Positions 18,499 to 27,950 of a DNA stretch of 64,000 bases are shown one piece after another. This stretch comes from Vicinamibacteria bacterium (GTDB lineage: Bacteria > Acidobacteriota > Vicinamibacteria > Fen-336): contig JBFWVE010000004.1 of NCBI GenBank assembly GCA_050246895.1, positions 71,676-135,675 of the forward strand. The letters are read 5' to 3'. The notes beneath the pieces were generated by a model. That model searched no databases and was not told the origin of the DNA. It saw only the letters and a program-made list of their open reading frames with translations. The number at the start of each line of letters is the position of its first letter. Positions within the stretch are counted from its first letter, which is position 1. The position numbers and the translations under genes are program-made.

Positions 18499-21400
18499 TT
18501 GGCCACGAAGCGTCGCTCCCGCCTCGCTGCTGCCGCCGCATTCGCGTTCGTCTGCGCGCCGCCCTTGCTGGCGGCCGAGAAGAACGGCGAGGTGGTCAAC
18601 CCCTTCTACGGCTCGTTCTCCTACTCCATTCCGATCGAGGTGCCGGGCTTCCATGGCCTCGAGCCACGCTTGGCGCTGGGATACTCGAGCGAGGGGCGCA
18701 ACGGCCAGTTGGGCGTGGGCTGGAGCCTCGCGGGCTTCAGCGTGATCCAGCGCGTGTCGTCGGTGGGCCGTGGCAGCCCGATGTACAGCCCGGAAGTCTT
18801 CGGGGAGGACCGTTACACGCTCGACGGTCAGGAGCTGCGGCCGTGCGTCGCGGGCAGCACCAGCCCGAGCTGCACCAGCGGCGGCACGCACTTCACGCGG
18901 GACGAGTCGTTCCTCAAGATCAAGTACGACCCGAGCACCGATCGCTGGACCGTCTGGGGCAAGGACGGCACGAGGACGCAGCTGGTCTCGATCACCAACC
19001 AGTACAGCAGCACGATTCGCTGGGGCCAGGGATCGACGACGGACACCAAGGGTAGCGCCGTCACGTACTCCTGGAGTTGCGGCGATCCCTACTGGGGCGA
19101 CTGCTACCCGGACCAGGTGACATACGGGGTCGGCGAAAAGGGCGGATCCGAGGGCTATCGGGTCCGGTTCAAGCGCGAGACGCGGCCAGACATGATCACG
19201 TTCGGTTGGCGGCTGAGCTACGGCCAGACCTTCGACCGCATCAGGTCGATTCTCGTCGAGACCGGCTCCGGGACACCGATCCGTGGCTACAAGCTGACGT
19301 ACGCGGCGAGCCCGACGTCCGGCAAGTCGCTCCTTGCGAGCGTCCAGCAGTTCGGGCGGGACTTCACGATCGACGCCGCCGGCGCCATCACCGGAGGCAC
19401 GTCGCTGCTGCCGACGACTTTCACGTACCAGAACGACTCACTGGCCTCGACCTTCAGCGCCGCGGCCGCGCCTGTGCCCAGCGGGCAGGCGACCGAGCCG
19501 GTGAACTGGCATCGCGTAGTCATGGTGTCCGTTACGCCGAATATGAGCAGCCTTCGACTCGGCGCCACGGGCTGGTATGGGGCTTCCTCGACCCGGGCGA
19601 TCTCCTCCGGCGATGGCTACATGGAGTTCGTCGTCACGAACACCGGGGGTGTAATGGCTGGTCTCAGCAACGGGGACACCGACACGACGTACGCCGACAT
19701 CGACTACGCGGTGTACCAGACCGGCGGGGATCTCTCGATCTTCGAGAACGGATACTACAAGGTCAGCTTCACCGCGTCGGTGGGCGCGATCATCCGAGTG
19801 GAGGTTGCAGCCGGCGTCGTGCGCTACAAGCGCAACGGCGCTGTCGTCTACACCAGTTCCAGAGTGCCGACGTACCCGCTCGGGGTCGACACGGCGCTCT
19901 CCGGACCCGGGGGTTCGAGCTTTGTGTCTCTGAGCAATGTCACGATCTCCGGGGACCTGGTCGACGTCGGCTTCTGGTGCATGTGGGGGAGCCTCTACCT
20001 TGCCGACTTCGACGGCGATTCGCGCACCGACCAGGCCTGCAGCACGAGCACGGCCACCGAGGGCTTCCTGCTGCGTGTGGCGCTCGCGAATCCGGATGGG
20101 TCTTTTGGCGCGCCGACGGTCTGGCTCAACGACTGGGTCCACAACGGGAAGGTCGGCGACTTCAACAACGATGGGAAAGCCGATTTGCTCACGCGAGGCG
20201 GCTACATCGGCATCGACACGTTCGTCTACCTCTCCACCGGCTCCAGCTTTCTGCCGGCCCAGGCCTGGGGACCCATGACCGGCTACGGTCCGTTCGGCTA
20301 CGGCTGGGCTGCCTGCGACGACGCGATCCAGATGTTCACGGGCGACTTCAACGGGGACGGTCGCACCGACGTCGGCTGCCGCGACCCGATCGATCGTGTG
20401 ACCATCGTAGGGCTGTCGACGGGTTCGACCTTCTCGTTCGCTTGGTGGTCAGCGAACCGTTGTGACTGGGATGGTGTCGAGACCAACGGCAGCATGGACA
20501 TCAACGGAGACGGCCGCGACGACTGGTACTGCCTGGCGGGCAGCGGCGAGCTGAACGTCGACATCTCGAACGGCAGCGAGTTTCTGGACAACTACGTAGG
20601 GATCGCCTGGTCCTGTTCCGCCAGCGACTTCGTTCTCACCGATCTGAACGGCGACGGCCGTACGGACGCCGTCTGCAAGCCGAACGGCCACGTGGCGCTC
20701 TCCGGGGGCAATACCCTCGTCTCGGGGGGAACGCACGGCGGTTTCTGTACGGGCGGCAGCATCTTCGCCGCCGACGTGGACGGCGATGGCTCGGTCGAGC
20801 TGGTCTGCAACAATCCCGGAGCACCCGCCAACGACATCCAGATCCGCCGCTGGACCGGCTCGGCGTTAGCGAGCCCGACGACCGCGCTCGGGACCTGGTG
20901 CAACGGCGAGATGCGCGCCGGCGATTTCAACGGCGACGGCAAGACCGATCTGTTCTGCAGGGCGCTGCCGAACCCGCAGGCCATCGCCGGCACGGCCAAT
21001 TTCCGTTCCGACCTCATGGCCTCCGTCCAGACCCCGATCGGCGGGACCACATCGCTGACGTGGACGCCCTCCACCGACTTCCAGAACTCGCCGGGGACGC
21101 CGCCGAAGTACGCGATTGCCAGCCTGACCACGAACGACGGGCGCGGTGGCGCCTCCACGACGACCTACGCCTACGAGGGGGGGCTGATGAACATGCAGGA
21201 GCGCCGGTTCATGGGCTTCCGGAAGGCGACGACGACGAGCTCCCCGATCGCCGGCGAGGCGGCCGGGCCCTACACGGAGACCTGGTTCCGCCAGGACGTT
21301 CCGGCCGCCGGCCGGGTCGAAAAGACGGAGCGGCGCGATGGCAACGGGCTGATCCTCAGCGGGCAGACGTTCGAGTACACGACCACGACGACCGTTCCGT

Positions 21401-24400
21401 ACAAGGCGCTCCTCACCGGCTCCTGGAGCTACTCCTACGACGGCACCGTCGCCTCGTGCGCGAGCTGGCCCTGCGCGAACGGGAAGCGGACGTACGCGAC
21501 CACCAGCTACGACGCCTACGGCAACCCCACGCAGAGCGTCCAGCACGGCGACCACGACGCGGCCGGCGACGAGATGACGAGCGCGACGAGCTACTCGTAC
21601 AACATGACCGCGTACATCGTGGACAAGGCCGGGCGCAGCCAGACCTTCGCCGGCGTCGGAACGGGCGGCGCGCTGCTGGCCGAGACGCAGGTGGCCTACG
21701 ACGGCGCGGGCTCGTGGTCCACCGCGCCCACGCAGGGCTACCCGACGCTGACGTCGAGCTGGCTCGACGCGCAGAGCCGGTTCGTCAATGCCCAGGCGAG
21801 CTACGACTCGCGCGGCAACCCGGTGACCGCCACCGACGCGACGGGGCGCACGACGCAGACGGCCTGGGACTCGGCCGGCCTCTTTCCCTTGACGGTCACC
21901 AACCCGGCAGGCGAGAGCGTCTCCACGACCTGGGACACGATCTGCGGGACGCCGCTCTCGCAGACCGACCCGAACGGGCAGACGGCGACACTGCAGTACG
22001 ACGCGCTCTGCCGGCCAACGTCGACCAGCCGGCCCGACGGGAGCTTCGAGCAGCGTTCGTACGTCGACCTGGGGAATCCGAGCTCGCAGCGGATCGTCGT
22101 GGAGACGCCATCGGCGACCCCCGGGGACGGCAGCGGGAACGACTGGGCGATCTCCGCCTTCGACGGGCTCGGCCGGACCGTCTGGACGGGCAAAAAGGGG
22201 GCGAACGGCCAGACGATCGTGGCGGCCGTTTCCTTCAACGCCCGCGGCGGCGTGGCGGCGCAGACGGCTCCCTACTACGACGGCAGCAACCCGGAGACGA
22301 CGAGCTTCGGCTACGACGCCTTCGACAGGCCGACGCTGGTGGTCCATCCCGACAACAACTCCGTGGCGACCACCTACGGCCTGTGGAGCCGGACGACGGC
22401 CGACGAGAACGGCAAGCCGGTGACGGAGCGGTACGACGCGTACGGGCGGGTGGTCCAGCAGGAGAAGCTGCTGGGCGGCTCGCCGGTGACGACGACGTCG
22501 ACCTACGACCTGCTGGGGCGGCTCGTGGGGATGGCGGACGACGTCGGGCACACCTGGAGCTGGAGCTTCGACTCGCTGGGGCGGAACCTGCAGAAGTCGG
22601 ATCCCGACGCGGGGACCTGGAGCTTCGAGTGGGACGACGCCGGGCGGTTGACGGCGCAGACGGACGCGAAGAGCCAGAGGACGGAGTTCACGTACGACCT
22701 GGCGGGGCGGCTGGCGAGCAAGGTCAACGCGGCAGGGACCGTGGCGGTGACGGTGGGCGAGTCGCGGCCCGGGTACTTCAACGCGGGGCGCGTGACGACG
22801 ATCAGCGCGCCCGGGACGGCCTTGACGACCGACTACGACAACGTCGGCCGGCCGGTGCGGCAGACGCGGACGGTCGACGGGGTGCCGTACACGATCGAGC
22901 GGCGCTACGACTCGGGCGGCTTCCTGCGGGGGATCACGTACCCCGACGGGGATACGGTCGGCACGCCGGCGAGCCCGCTGGGCTACGACGCGGCGGGGCG
23001 GCTGTACTCCGTTCCCGGCATCCTGAACTCCGTGACCTACGATGCCGCGGGCCGAGCGCTCGTGCAGACGAACGCGAACGGGACGGCGACGACGCGGACG
23101 TACACGGCGGAGCGGGGGTTCCTGACCCGGATCCAGACGAGCGGGGCCTCGGCGATCCAGGACCTCGTCTACAACTACGATCCCGCCGGGCTGGTCACGC
23201 AGGTGACGAGCCCCTTCCAGAACGAGGCGTGGGACTACGGGTACGACGACCTCTACCGGATGACGCAGGCGACCAGCCTTCTCGACTCGGCGCAGAACCA
23301 GAGCTTCAGCTACGACACGATCGGCCGGATCACCTGGAACTCCCGCATCGGGGCCTACACCTACCCTGGCGTCGGGCAGCCGCGGCCGCACGCTCCGGCG
23401 ACGGTGAACGGCGCGGCTCTCAGCTACGACCTCAACGGCAACCTGGTCTCCGGGAACGGCCGGACGCCGGCCTGGACGGCCGACAACACGATCGCGTCGG
23501 TGACGACGGGCGGCAACACGACCAGCTTCGCCTACGACGGCTTCGGCGAGCGCCTGAAGAAGACGGCCTCGGGTGTGACGAGCATCTACCCCTTCGGCGA
23601 CGACTACGAGGTCACGAACGGGGTGGTGACGAAGTACGTCGCGGTGTACGGGCTCGGGGTGATCGCGAAGCGCGTGGGCTCGGGCTTGTCCATCCAGACG
23701 TACTGGCTGCACACGGACCGACTGGGGAGCATCCAGGCGGTGACGGATACGAACGGGGCTGAGGTCTTGCGGCGGACGTTCCGGGCGTATGGCGAGACCA
23801 TCGCGACGTCAGGCAGCCACGTGGAGTCGCGCGGCTGGATCGACCAGCGGAACGACGCGGAGACAGGGCTGACGTATCTGCATGCGAGGTACTACGACCC
23901 GGGGATCGGGGTTTTTCTGAGCCCGGATCCGATTGGGGCCGATCTCAATGCTTTTGGCTACTCATCCGGGGATCCGATCAACAGGCTCGATCCGGGCGGA
24001 CTCGACGATGGCAGGGTCTGCCTCGGGGAGGACTGCACTGACCATGAGGACAGCGGGGACCGTGGCGGTTTCTGGGTCGGTGGCTCACCGACAGGCTCCG
24101 TGGCGGTTGGCGGGGGCCTCGGTTTCGTCATCTTGGACAAGCTGTTGGATCTCCTGAAGGGAATCTTCGGAGGTGGTGGCGGTGGTGCCAGCGGCTCGGC
24201 GGGAGCTCCTCCCGTAGAGACAGAGGTGGAGTTCGCTGGGAGAGAGCCCGGGCGTGGGCGGCCCGGCAGGCCCCTGCCGCCCCCACCGCCGCCACTCCCG
24301 CCTCTTCCGCCTCCACCGCCACCGGGGCCCGGCGGTCCCGGGCCCGGCGGTGGCGGTGGTGGATCCCAGGCCGCCGCGCTGGTGGGAGAGTTTCTCCTCG

Positions 24401-24828
24401 GTGTGGGGCCGAGCATTCGGTACTTTGGGCCGGAGAGCCCTCTCACTCAGCAGATGATGTTTGCTCCGGGCGTACAGCACTGGAGAAACGAGTTCAGAAG
24501 GAACAAGTTCCAGAAGCTGGAGAACAGGGCGGCACCCTGGGGTCTCGTTCGCGGTGAGCCGTATAGTATCGGCCCCTGGAACGTTGCCGCCTTCGATGGC
24601 GCCTTCAGCACGCTCAACCCCCTTCGCCAAGTGGTCGGCGGCTACACGGTGTCAATCTATCCTCGCAATGATGGCTACCGCGACTTCGTCATCATGAATC
24701 CGATGAGCCTGACGTCCTTCGCCTACCACGCCTTACCATCGTATCCTCGCTGGGCGGCCAGCCCTGGGTTGGCACCGGCCATGGGTACGACGTATCAGTA
24801 CTTCTACTGGAGGGAGCTAAACAACTGA
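18499..24828 (+). CDS. Large SpvB/TcB-like + FG-GAP + RHS/YD-repeat polymorphic toxin with signal peptide
   Basis: N-terminal YSIPIEVP..PRLALGYSS..NGQLGVGWSL; DFNGDGRTD repeats; YDxxGR repeats; RHS core ARYYDPGIGVFLSPDP...DPINRLDPGGL. Confidence 0.92.
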   Translation: MATKRRSRLAAAAAFAFVCAPPLLAAEKNGEVVNPFYGSFSYSIPIEVPGFHGLEPRLALGYSSEGRNGQLGVGWSLAGFSVIQRVSSVGRGSPMYSPEVFGEDRYTLDGQELRPCVAGSTSPSCTSGGTHFTRDESFLKIKYDPSTDRWTVWGKDGTRTQLVSITNQYSSTIRWGQGSTTDTKGSAVTYSWSCGDPYWGDCYPDQVTYGVGEKGGSEGYRVRFKRETRPDMITFGWRLSYGQTFDRIRSILVETGSGTPIRGYKLTYAASPTSGKSLLASVQQFGRDFTIDAAGAITGGTSLLPTTFTYQNDSLASTFSAAAAPVPSGQATEPVNWHRVVMVSVTPNMSSLRLGATGWYGASSTRAISSGDGYMEFVVTNTGGVMAGLSNGDTDTTYADIDYAVYQTGGDLSIFENGYYKVSFTASVGAIIRVEVAAGVVRYKRNGAVVYTSSRVPTYPLGVDTALSGPGGSSFVSLSNVTISGDLVDVGFWCMWGSLYLADFDGDSRTDQACSTSTATEGFLLRVALANPDGSFGAPTVWLNDWVHNGKVGDFNNDGKADLLTRGGYIGIDTFVYLSTGSSFLPAQAWGPMTGYGPFGYGWAACDDAIQMFTGDFNGDGRTDVGCRDPIDRVTIVGLSTGSTFSFAWWSANRCDWDGVETNGSMDINGDGRDDWYCLAGSGELNVDISNGSEFLDNYVGIAWSCSASDFVLTDLNGDGRTDAVCKPNGHVALSGGNTLVSGGTHGGFCTGGSIFAADVDGDGSVELVCNNPGAPANDIQIRRWTGSALASPTTALGTWCNGEMRAGDFNGDGKTDLFCRALPNPQAIAGTANFRSDLMASVQTPIGGTTSLTWTPSTDFQNSPGTPPKYAIASLTTNDGRGGASTTTYAYEGGLMNMQERRFMGFRKATTTSSPIAGEAAGPYTETWFRQDVPAAGRVEKTERRDGNGLILSGQTFEYTTTTTVPYKALLTGSWSYSYDGTVASCASWPCANGKRTYATTSYDAYGNPTQSVQHGDHDAAGDEMTSATSYSYNMTAYIVDKAGRSQTFAGVGTGGALLAETQVAYDGAGSWSTAPTQGYPTLTSSWLDAQSRFVNAQASYDSRGNPVTATDATGRTTQTAWDSAGLFPLTVTNPAGESVSTTWDTICGTPLSQTDPNGQTATLQYDALCRPTSTSRPDGSFEQRSYVDLGNPSSQRIVVETPSATPGDGSGNDWAISAFDGLGRTVWTGKKGANGQTIVAAVSFNARGGVAAQTAPYYDGSNPETTSFGYDAFDRPTLVVHPDNNSVATTYGLWSRTTADENGKPVTERYDAYGRVVQQEKLLGGSPVTTTSTYDLLGRLVGMADDVGHTWSWSFDSLGRNLQKSDPDAGTWSFEWDDAGRLTAQTDAKSQRTEFTYDLAGRLASKVNAAGTVAVTVGESRPGYFNAGRVTTISAPGTALTTDYDNVGRPVRQTRTVDGVPYTIERRYDSGGFLRGITYPDGDTVGTPASPLGYDAAGRLYSVPGILNSVTYDAAGRALVQTNANGTATTRTYTAERGFLTRIQTSGASAIQDLVYNYDPAGLVTQVTSPFQNEAWDYGYDDLYRMTQATSLLDSAQNQSFSYDTIGRITWNSRIGAYTYPGVGQPRPHAPATVNGAALSYDLNGNLVSGNGRTPAWTADNTIASVTTGGNTTSFAYDGFGERLKKTASGVTSIYPFGDDYEVTNGVVTKYVAVYGLGVIAKRVGSGLSIQTYWLHTDRLGSIQAVTDTNGAEVLRRTFRAYGETIATSGSHVESRGWIDQRNDAETGLTYLHARYYDPGIGVFLSPDPIGADLNAFGYSSGDPINRLDPGGLDDGRVCLGEDCTDHEDSGDRGGFWVGGSPTGSVAVGGGLGFVILDKLLDLLKGIFGGGGGGASGSAGAPPVETEVEFAGREPGRGRPGRPLPPPPPPLPPLPPPPPPGPGGPGPGGGGGGSQAAALVGEFLLGVGPSIRYFGPESPLTQQMMFAPGVQHWRNEFRRNKFQKLENRAAPWGLVRGEPYSIGPWNVAAFDGAFSTLNPLRQVVGGYTVSIYPRNDGYRDFVIMNPMSLTSFAYHALPSYPRWAASPGLAPAMGTTYQYFYWRELNN

Positions 24829-24854
24829 CTCGCCACGGCCGGTTTCTAGGGGCG

Positions 24855-25244
24855 GTGCTCGTAGTGGTCTCGCTCGCGGGATTGGCGGGGTGTGATGTCT
24901 ACACGCCCCGCAGAAAGGTGATCGGTCACTACTACCTCGTTCAGTGGCAGGAGACCCATTACTACTTGGTAGATGACCGCAAGGGCGCACTGCCGAACAA
25001 CGTGGTGTTCGAAGGGACCGTTGAAAAGCTGGCTTGGAGCGATCGGTACATCGCTGCGTGGCGGCGGCCAGGATCCGATCAAGATACCCGTGGGTGGATG
25101 GTGATTGACAGTGTTGCCGGCAGGATAGAAGGGCCCCTCTCCAGCGAAGAGTTCGAACGGCGCGTCGCGGCCAAGGAGTTCGGGGCTCTTGAGCCGCTGT
25201 CGGTGGACCAGGCGTGGTCCAAGCTCAGTTGGGCAGCTTGGTAG
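24855..25244 (+). CDS. Small lipoprotein, probable cognate immunity protein
   Basis: Lipobox LAGC; directly downstream of the Rhs C-terminus in the same lower-GC tract. Confidence 0.65.
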   Translation: MLVVVSLAGLAGCDVYTPRRKVIGHYYLVQWQETHYYLVDDRKGALPNNVVFEGTVEKLAWSDRYIAAWRRPGSDQDTRGWMVIDSVAGRIEGPLSSEEFERRVAAKEFGALEPLSVDQAWSKLSWAAW

Positions 25245-25247
25245 CCG

Positions 25248-25440
25248 GGTAGGCCGGTGTTGGGAGTTGAAGGCAGCTCGGAGGCTGGAAATCGGGGCGG
25301 TCAGGGCCGCGAATCCAGGTCGAGATTGAGTGAGAGAAGGGTGAAGGCGCCGCGCCGAAACGCGACCCCCGCCGACCGAAGGTACGTGGGTAGGCCCGCG
25401 ATGGAAGTTGGAGTCGGGTCGGAAGCGTCGAATCGGCGCT
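25248..25440. repeat. Orphan copies of the transposon end (start motif GGTAGGCC) at 25248 and 25389
   Basis: 25248-25388 aligns with 25787-25928 (shared GCAGCTCGGAGGCT, GAAATCGGGG, GGGTGAAGGCGCCG, GTACGTG); a third, shorter copy starts at 25389. Confidence 0.75.
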
Positions 25441-25466
25441 TCTGGTCCGGGGAAGCAGGGTTGTCC

Positions 25467-25786
25467 TCAATCGATCGATGCAACAGTCCGGCCAAACACT
25501 TCTGATGGTTTCATCCAATGCAACGTCTGTCGAGGGCGATTATTGAGCTCCCTGGCGACCGCGTTGAGGTGGGCGGCAGTGTGCAGACTGAGGTCGGCCT
25601 TGCGCGGGAAGTACTGGCGGAGAAGGCCGTTGGTGTTCTCATTGCTGCCACGCTGCCAGGGGCTGTGGGGGTCGCAGAAGTAGACCTGCATGTTGGTGTC
25701 CGTGCTGAAGCGGACGTGATCGGCCATCTCCTTGCCTCGATCCCAGGTCAGCGTCCGGCGCAGCTCGGCAGGCAGCCTGGAGATCT
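25467..25786 (-). pseudogene. IS30-family transposase C-terminal fragment
   Basis: LTWDRGKEMA, YFCDPHSPWQRGSNENTNGLLRQYFP, LNNRPR; 5' part cut off at 25787. Confidence 0.9.
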
Positions 25787-27430
25787 GGTAGGCCGGCGAT
25801 CGAAGTTGAATGCAGCTCGGAGGCTCGAAATCGGGGTCTTGAAGGCCAGGAACCAGGGCTGAGGTTGGGTTGGAGTCGGGTGAAGGCGCCGAGCCGAGAC
25901 GCGACCGCCGCCACCCCGAACGTACGTGTACGCGCTACGCCGTTGCGGGGATAGGCGTATGAGGTTCGCTGGGGGCGACTACGCGGCGACGAGGTACGGA
26001 AACGCTCGCCCGGGCGGATCCAGGAATGCGATCGCCACCGGGCGATCGAGCGCGCCCTCACCGGGCCGTCCTCGCGGCGGTGCCGTCGCGCTCTCTCGCG
26101 CCGGTTTCAACCCCAGAAAGGCCTTGGCGGGGGTGGAGCCGTCGAGTCCCTGATGCGGCCTGAGCACGAGGTAGTGCGCGAGGGCGCTTTCGAGCCTTCG
26201 CTCCAGGTCGCGGATGGTGAGCGGCCGCCGGAGTCGAAGGCTCGCGGTGTCTTTCAGCGTCCGCCAGAAGCGTTCGAGCCTGGCGGTCGCGTAGAGGTTC
26301 TCTCGCGACGCGAAGCGCTGGACGGCGCCGAGGCGAGCGACGGCCCGGCGAAACACCCTCCCCACGAACTCCCCTCCGAGATCTGTGATCACGTACTTCG
26401 GGCTCCCGAAGGCAGCCGCCGCGCGCCGCAGCAGCCGCGCCGTGTCGGCCGCCCTCGGCCGCTGATCGAAGGCCTGGAGCACGAGGGGCGCACGCGAGAA
26501 CGCGTCGAGGACCCCTGCGAGCTGGACCTCGCCACCGAGGAACGTCTGGATCGTGGTCACGTCGAGCATCCAGACGTGGTGGACGAAGCGCGCGACCACG
26601 GGACGCGGCGGTTTCGCCGCTCGCTCCGGACCCACAGCGGCGAGCACGGTCCTCTCGCGTGCCATGCGCCTGACGGAGCGGGCGGAAAGCCGCCAGCCGG
26701 CGCGGGCGAGGACCGCGGCGATCATGTCCTCGCCTCCGATCCTCGCGCGGGCCATGAGCTGAACGAGCCTACGGACGGAGTCCTGGAAGCGGCGGATCGG
26801 CGGCACCGGCGCCACCGTGACGCCGACCGTGCGGGTCTCCGGATCGGCGGCCTGCTCCCAGTTGGAGACGGTGTTGGGGCAGACGAGGAACACGCCCGCG
26901 GCCTGCTCGCGGGACCAGCCGAGGAGGCTCCTGATCTCGAGAATCGCGAAGCGCTGGGCGGGCGAGTAGTAGGGCCGCTGGCGCTCCGGGATCTTGCCGA
27001 CGCGGGAGGCGAGGATCTCGACGATCTGCCAGGCGATTCGGGCCTTCAGCGTCGCCTCGTCGCAGCGGGCCTTGGCCAGCATGAGCGGGTCGTCGCTCGC
27101 CCGCAGCTCGCGCAGGTGCGCACCGGCCGCGAGACCGAGGAGGTGTGTCGCGTCGAGGGTCGCGCGCAGGGCGACCTGCTCGTCCGCACGGGCGGGCGTC
27201 CGGCGGCGGCGCAGGCGCAGCGCGATGGTAGCGAGCGAAGGCAAGTGCATGGGTGGAGTGCTCCTCGGGAAGCGAGGGGGATGCCGCGGCGGCCGGGGTC
27301 CGGGCGCGGGACCTTCAGCCTGCGGAAGTAGCCGCGCGCACCCGCCGCGCCGGCCCTGCGGGCGGGTAGCCCGGGCCGTCACGCCGGGTGCATCGCTCCG
27401 ACTCGCCTGACGCAACTCTGGCCGGCCTGT
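25787..27430 (-). mobile_element. Putative IS-like element carrying an rve/DDE transposase
   Basis: One end is defined by the repeated GGTAGGCCGG motif; a weak inverted counterpart CTCCGA..CAACTC..GCCGGCCT lies at about 27396-27428. Confidence 0.5.
25979..27250 (-). CDS. DDE-type integrase/transposase (rve core) with N-terminal HTH
   Basis: WMLDVT (D), ITDLGGEF (D), LERFWRTLK (E), RPHQGLDGSTP; start uncertain. Confidence 0.85.
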   Translation of the reverse strand: MHLPSLATIALRLRRRRTPARADEQVALRATLDATHLLGLAAGAHLRELRASDDPLMLAKARCDEATLKARIAWQIVEILASRVGKIPERQRPYYSPAQRFAILEIRSLLGWSREQAAGVFLVCPNTVSNWEQAADPETRTVGVTVAPVPPIRRFQDSVRRLVQLMARARIGGEDMIAAVLARAGWRLSARSVRRMARERTVLAAVGPERAAKPPRPVVARFVHHVWMLDVTTIQTFLGGEVQLAGVLDAFSRAPLVLQAFDQRPRAADTARLLRRAAAAFGSPKYVITDLGGEFVGRVFRRAVARLGAVQRFASRENLYATARLERFWRTLKDTASLRLRRPLTIRDLERRLESALAHYLVLRPHQGLDGSTPAKAFLGLKPARESATAPPRGRPGEGALDRPVAIAFLDPPGRAFPYLVAA

Positions 27431-27493
27431 TTCCGGTTCGCCGCCCCCTGTCGTGAGGGGCGGCGAACCACGCCCCGGAAACAGGAGGCTGCG

Positions 27494-27949
27494 ATGCAAC
27501 AGGCGAAGGCGGCGATGCACGGGGCGGAGACCACCGGCCGGAAGGCCGGGCACGATCACGGGGGCCGGCGCGGCGGGCCGGGACACGATCACGGGCTGGC
27601 GAACCTACCCCAACTCGACGTCGAGAAGCTCGACTGCTATCGGGTGGCGATTGAGTTTCAGACGCTCGCGGCAGGGCTGTTGCCCAGGGGGTGCGGGGCG
27701 TTGAGGGATCAGCTCGATCGGGCGTCGGTTTCGATTGCGCTGAACCTCAGCGAGGGAGCCGGGGTGCGGGCGCCTCGGCAGAAAGCGCGTTACTACGCGA
27801 TCGCTCGGGGGTCAGCGAGCGAATGCGCGGCGGTGCTGGCGATCGCCTCCGCGCGTGGGCTTGCCGATGCCAACGCCTGCAGCCGGGGCAGAGAGCTCGT
27901 CGTGAGGCTCGTGCAGATGCTCACTCGGCTGGAGCGGAGGTTTCGGTGA
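27494..27949 (+). CDS. Four-helix-bundle protein (TIGR02436 / 23S-IVP / bAvd-like) with repeat-encoded N-terminal extension
   Basis: AGGAGG RBS; LDVEKLDCY, DQLDRASVSIALNLSEG, ARGSASEC, MLTRL. Confidence 0.88.
   Translation: MQQAKAAMHGAETTGRKAGHDHGGRRGGPGHDHGLANLPQLDVEKLDCYRVAIEFQTLAAGLLPRGCGALRDQLDRASVSIALNLSEGAGVRAPRQKARYYAIARGSASECAAVLAIASARGLADANACSRGRELVVRLVQMLTRLERRFR
27516..27595 (+). repeat. Repeat cluster R5 (right-arm copies only), inside the four-helix-bundle CDS
   Basis: Two GGCCGGG(A)CACGATCACGGG copies, each read in frame as GHDHG. Confidence 0.85.
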
Positions 27950-27950
27950 G

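Noticed and set aside
20866-23762. Long alternative-frame ORFs (948 and 954 aa) overlapping Rhs, and similar ones at 37533 and 43270
   Set aside because: Arg/Ala/Pro-rich shadow ORFs expected at high GC, with no recognisable motifs.
27494-27949. Diversity-generating retroelement or 23S rRNA intervening sequence
   Set aside because: No reverse transcriptase, no TR/VR pair with adenine-specific differences noticed, and no rRNA in the window.
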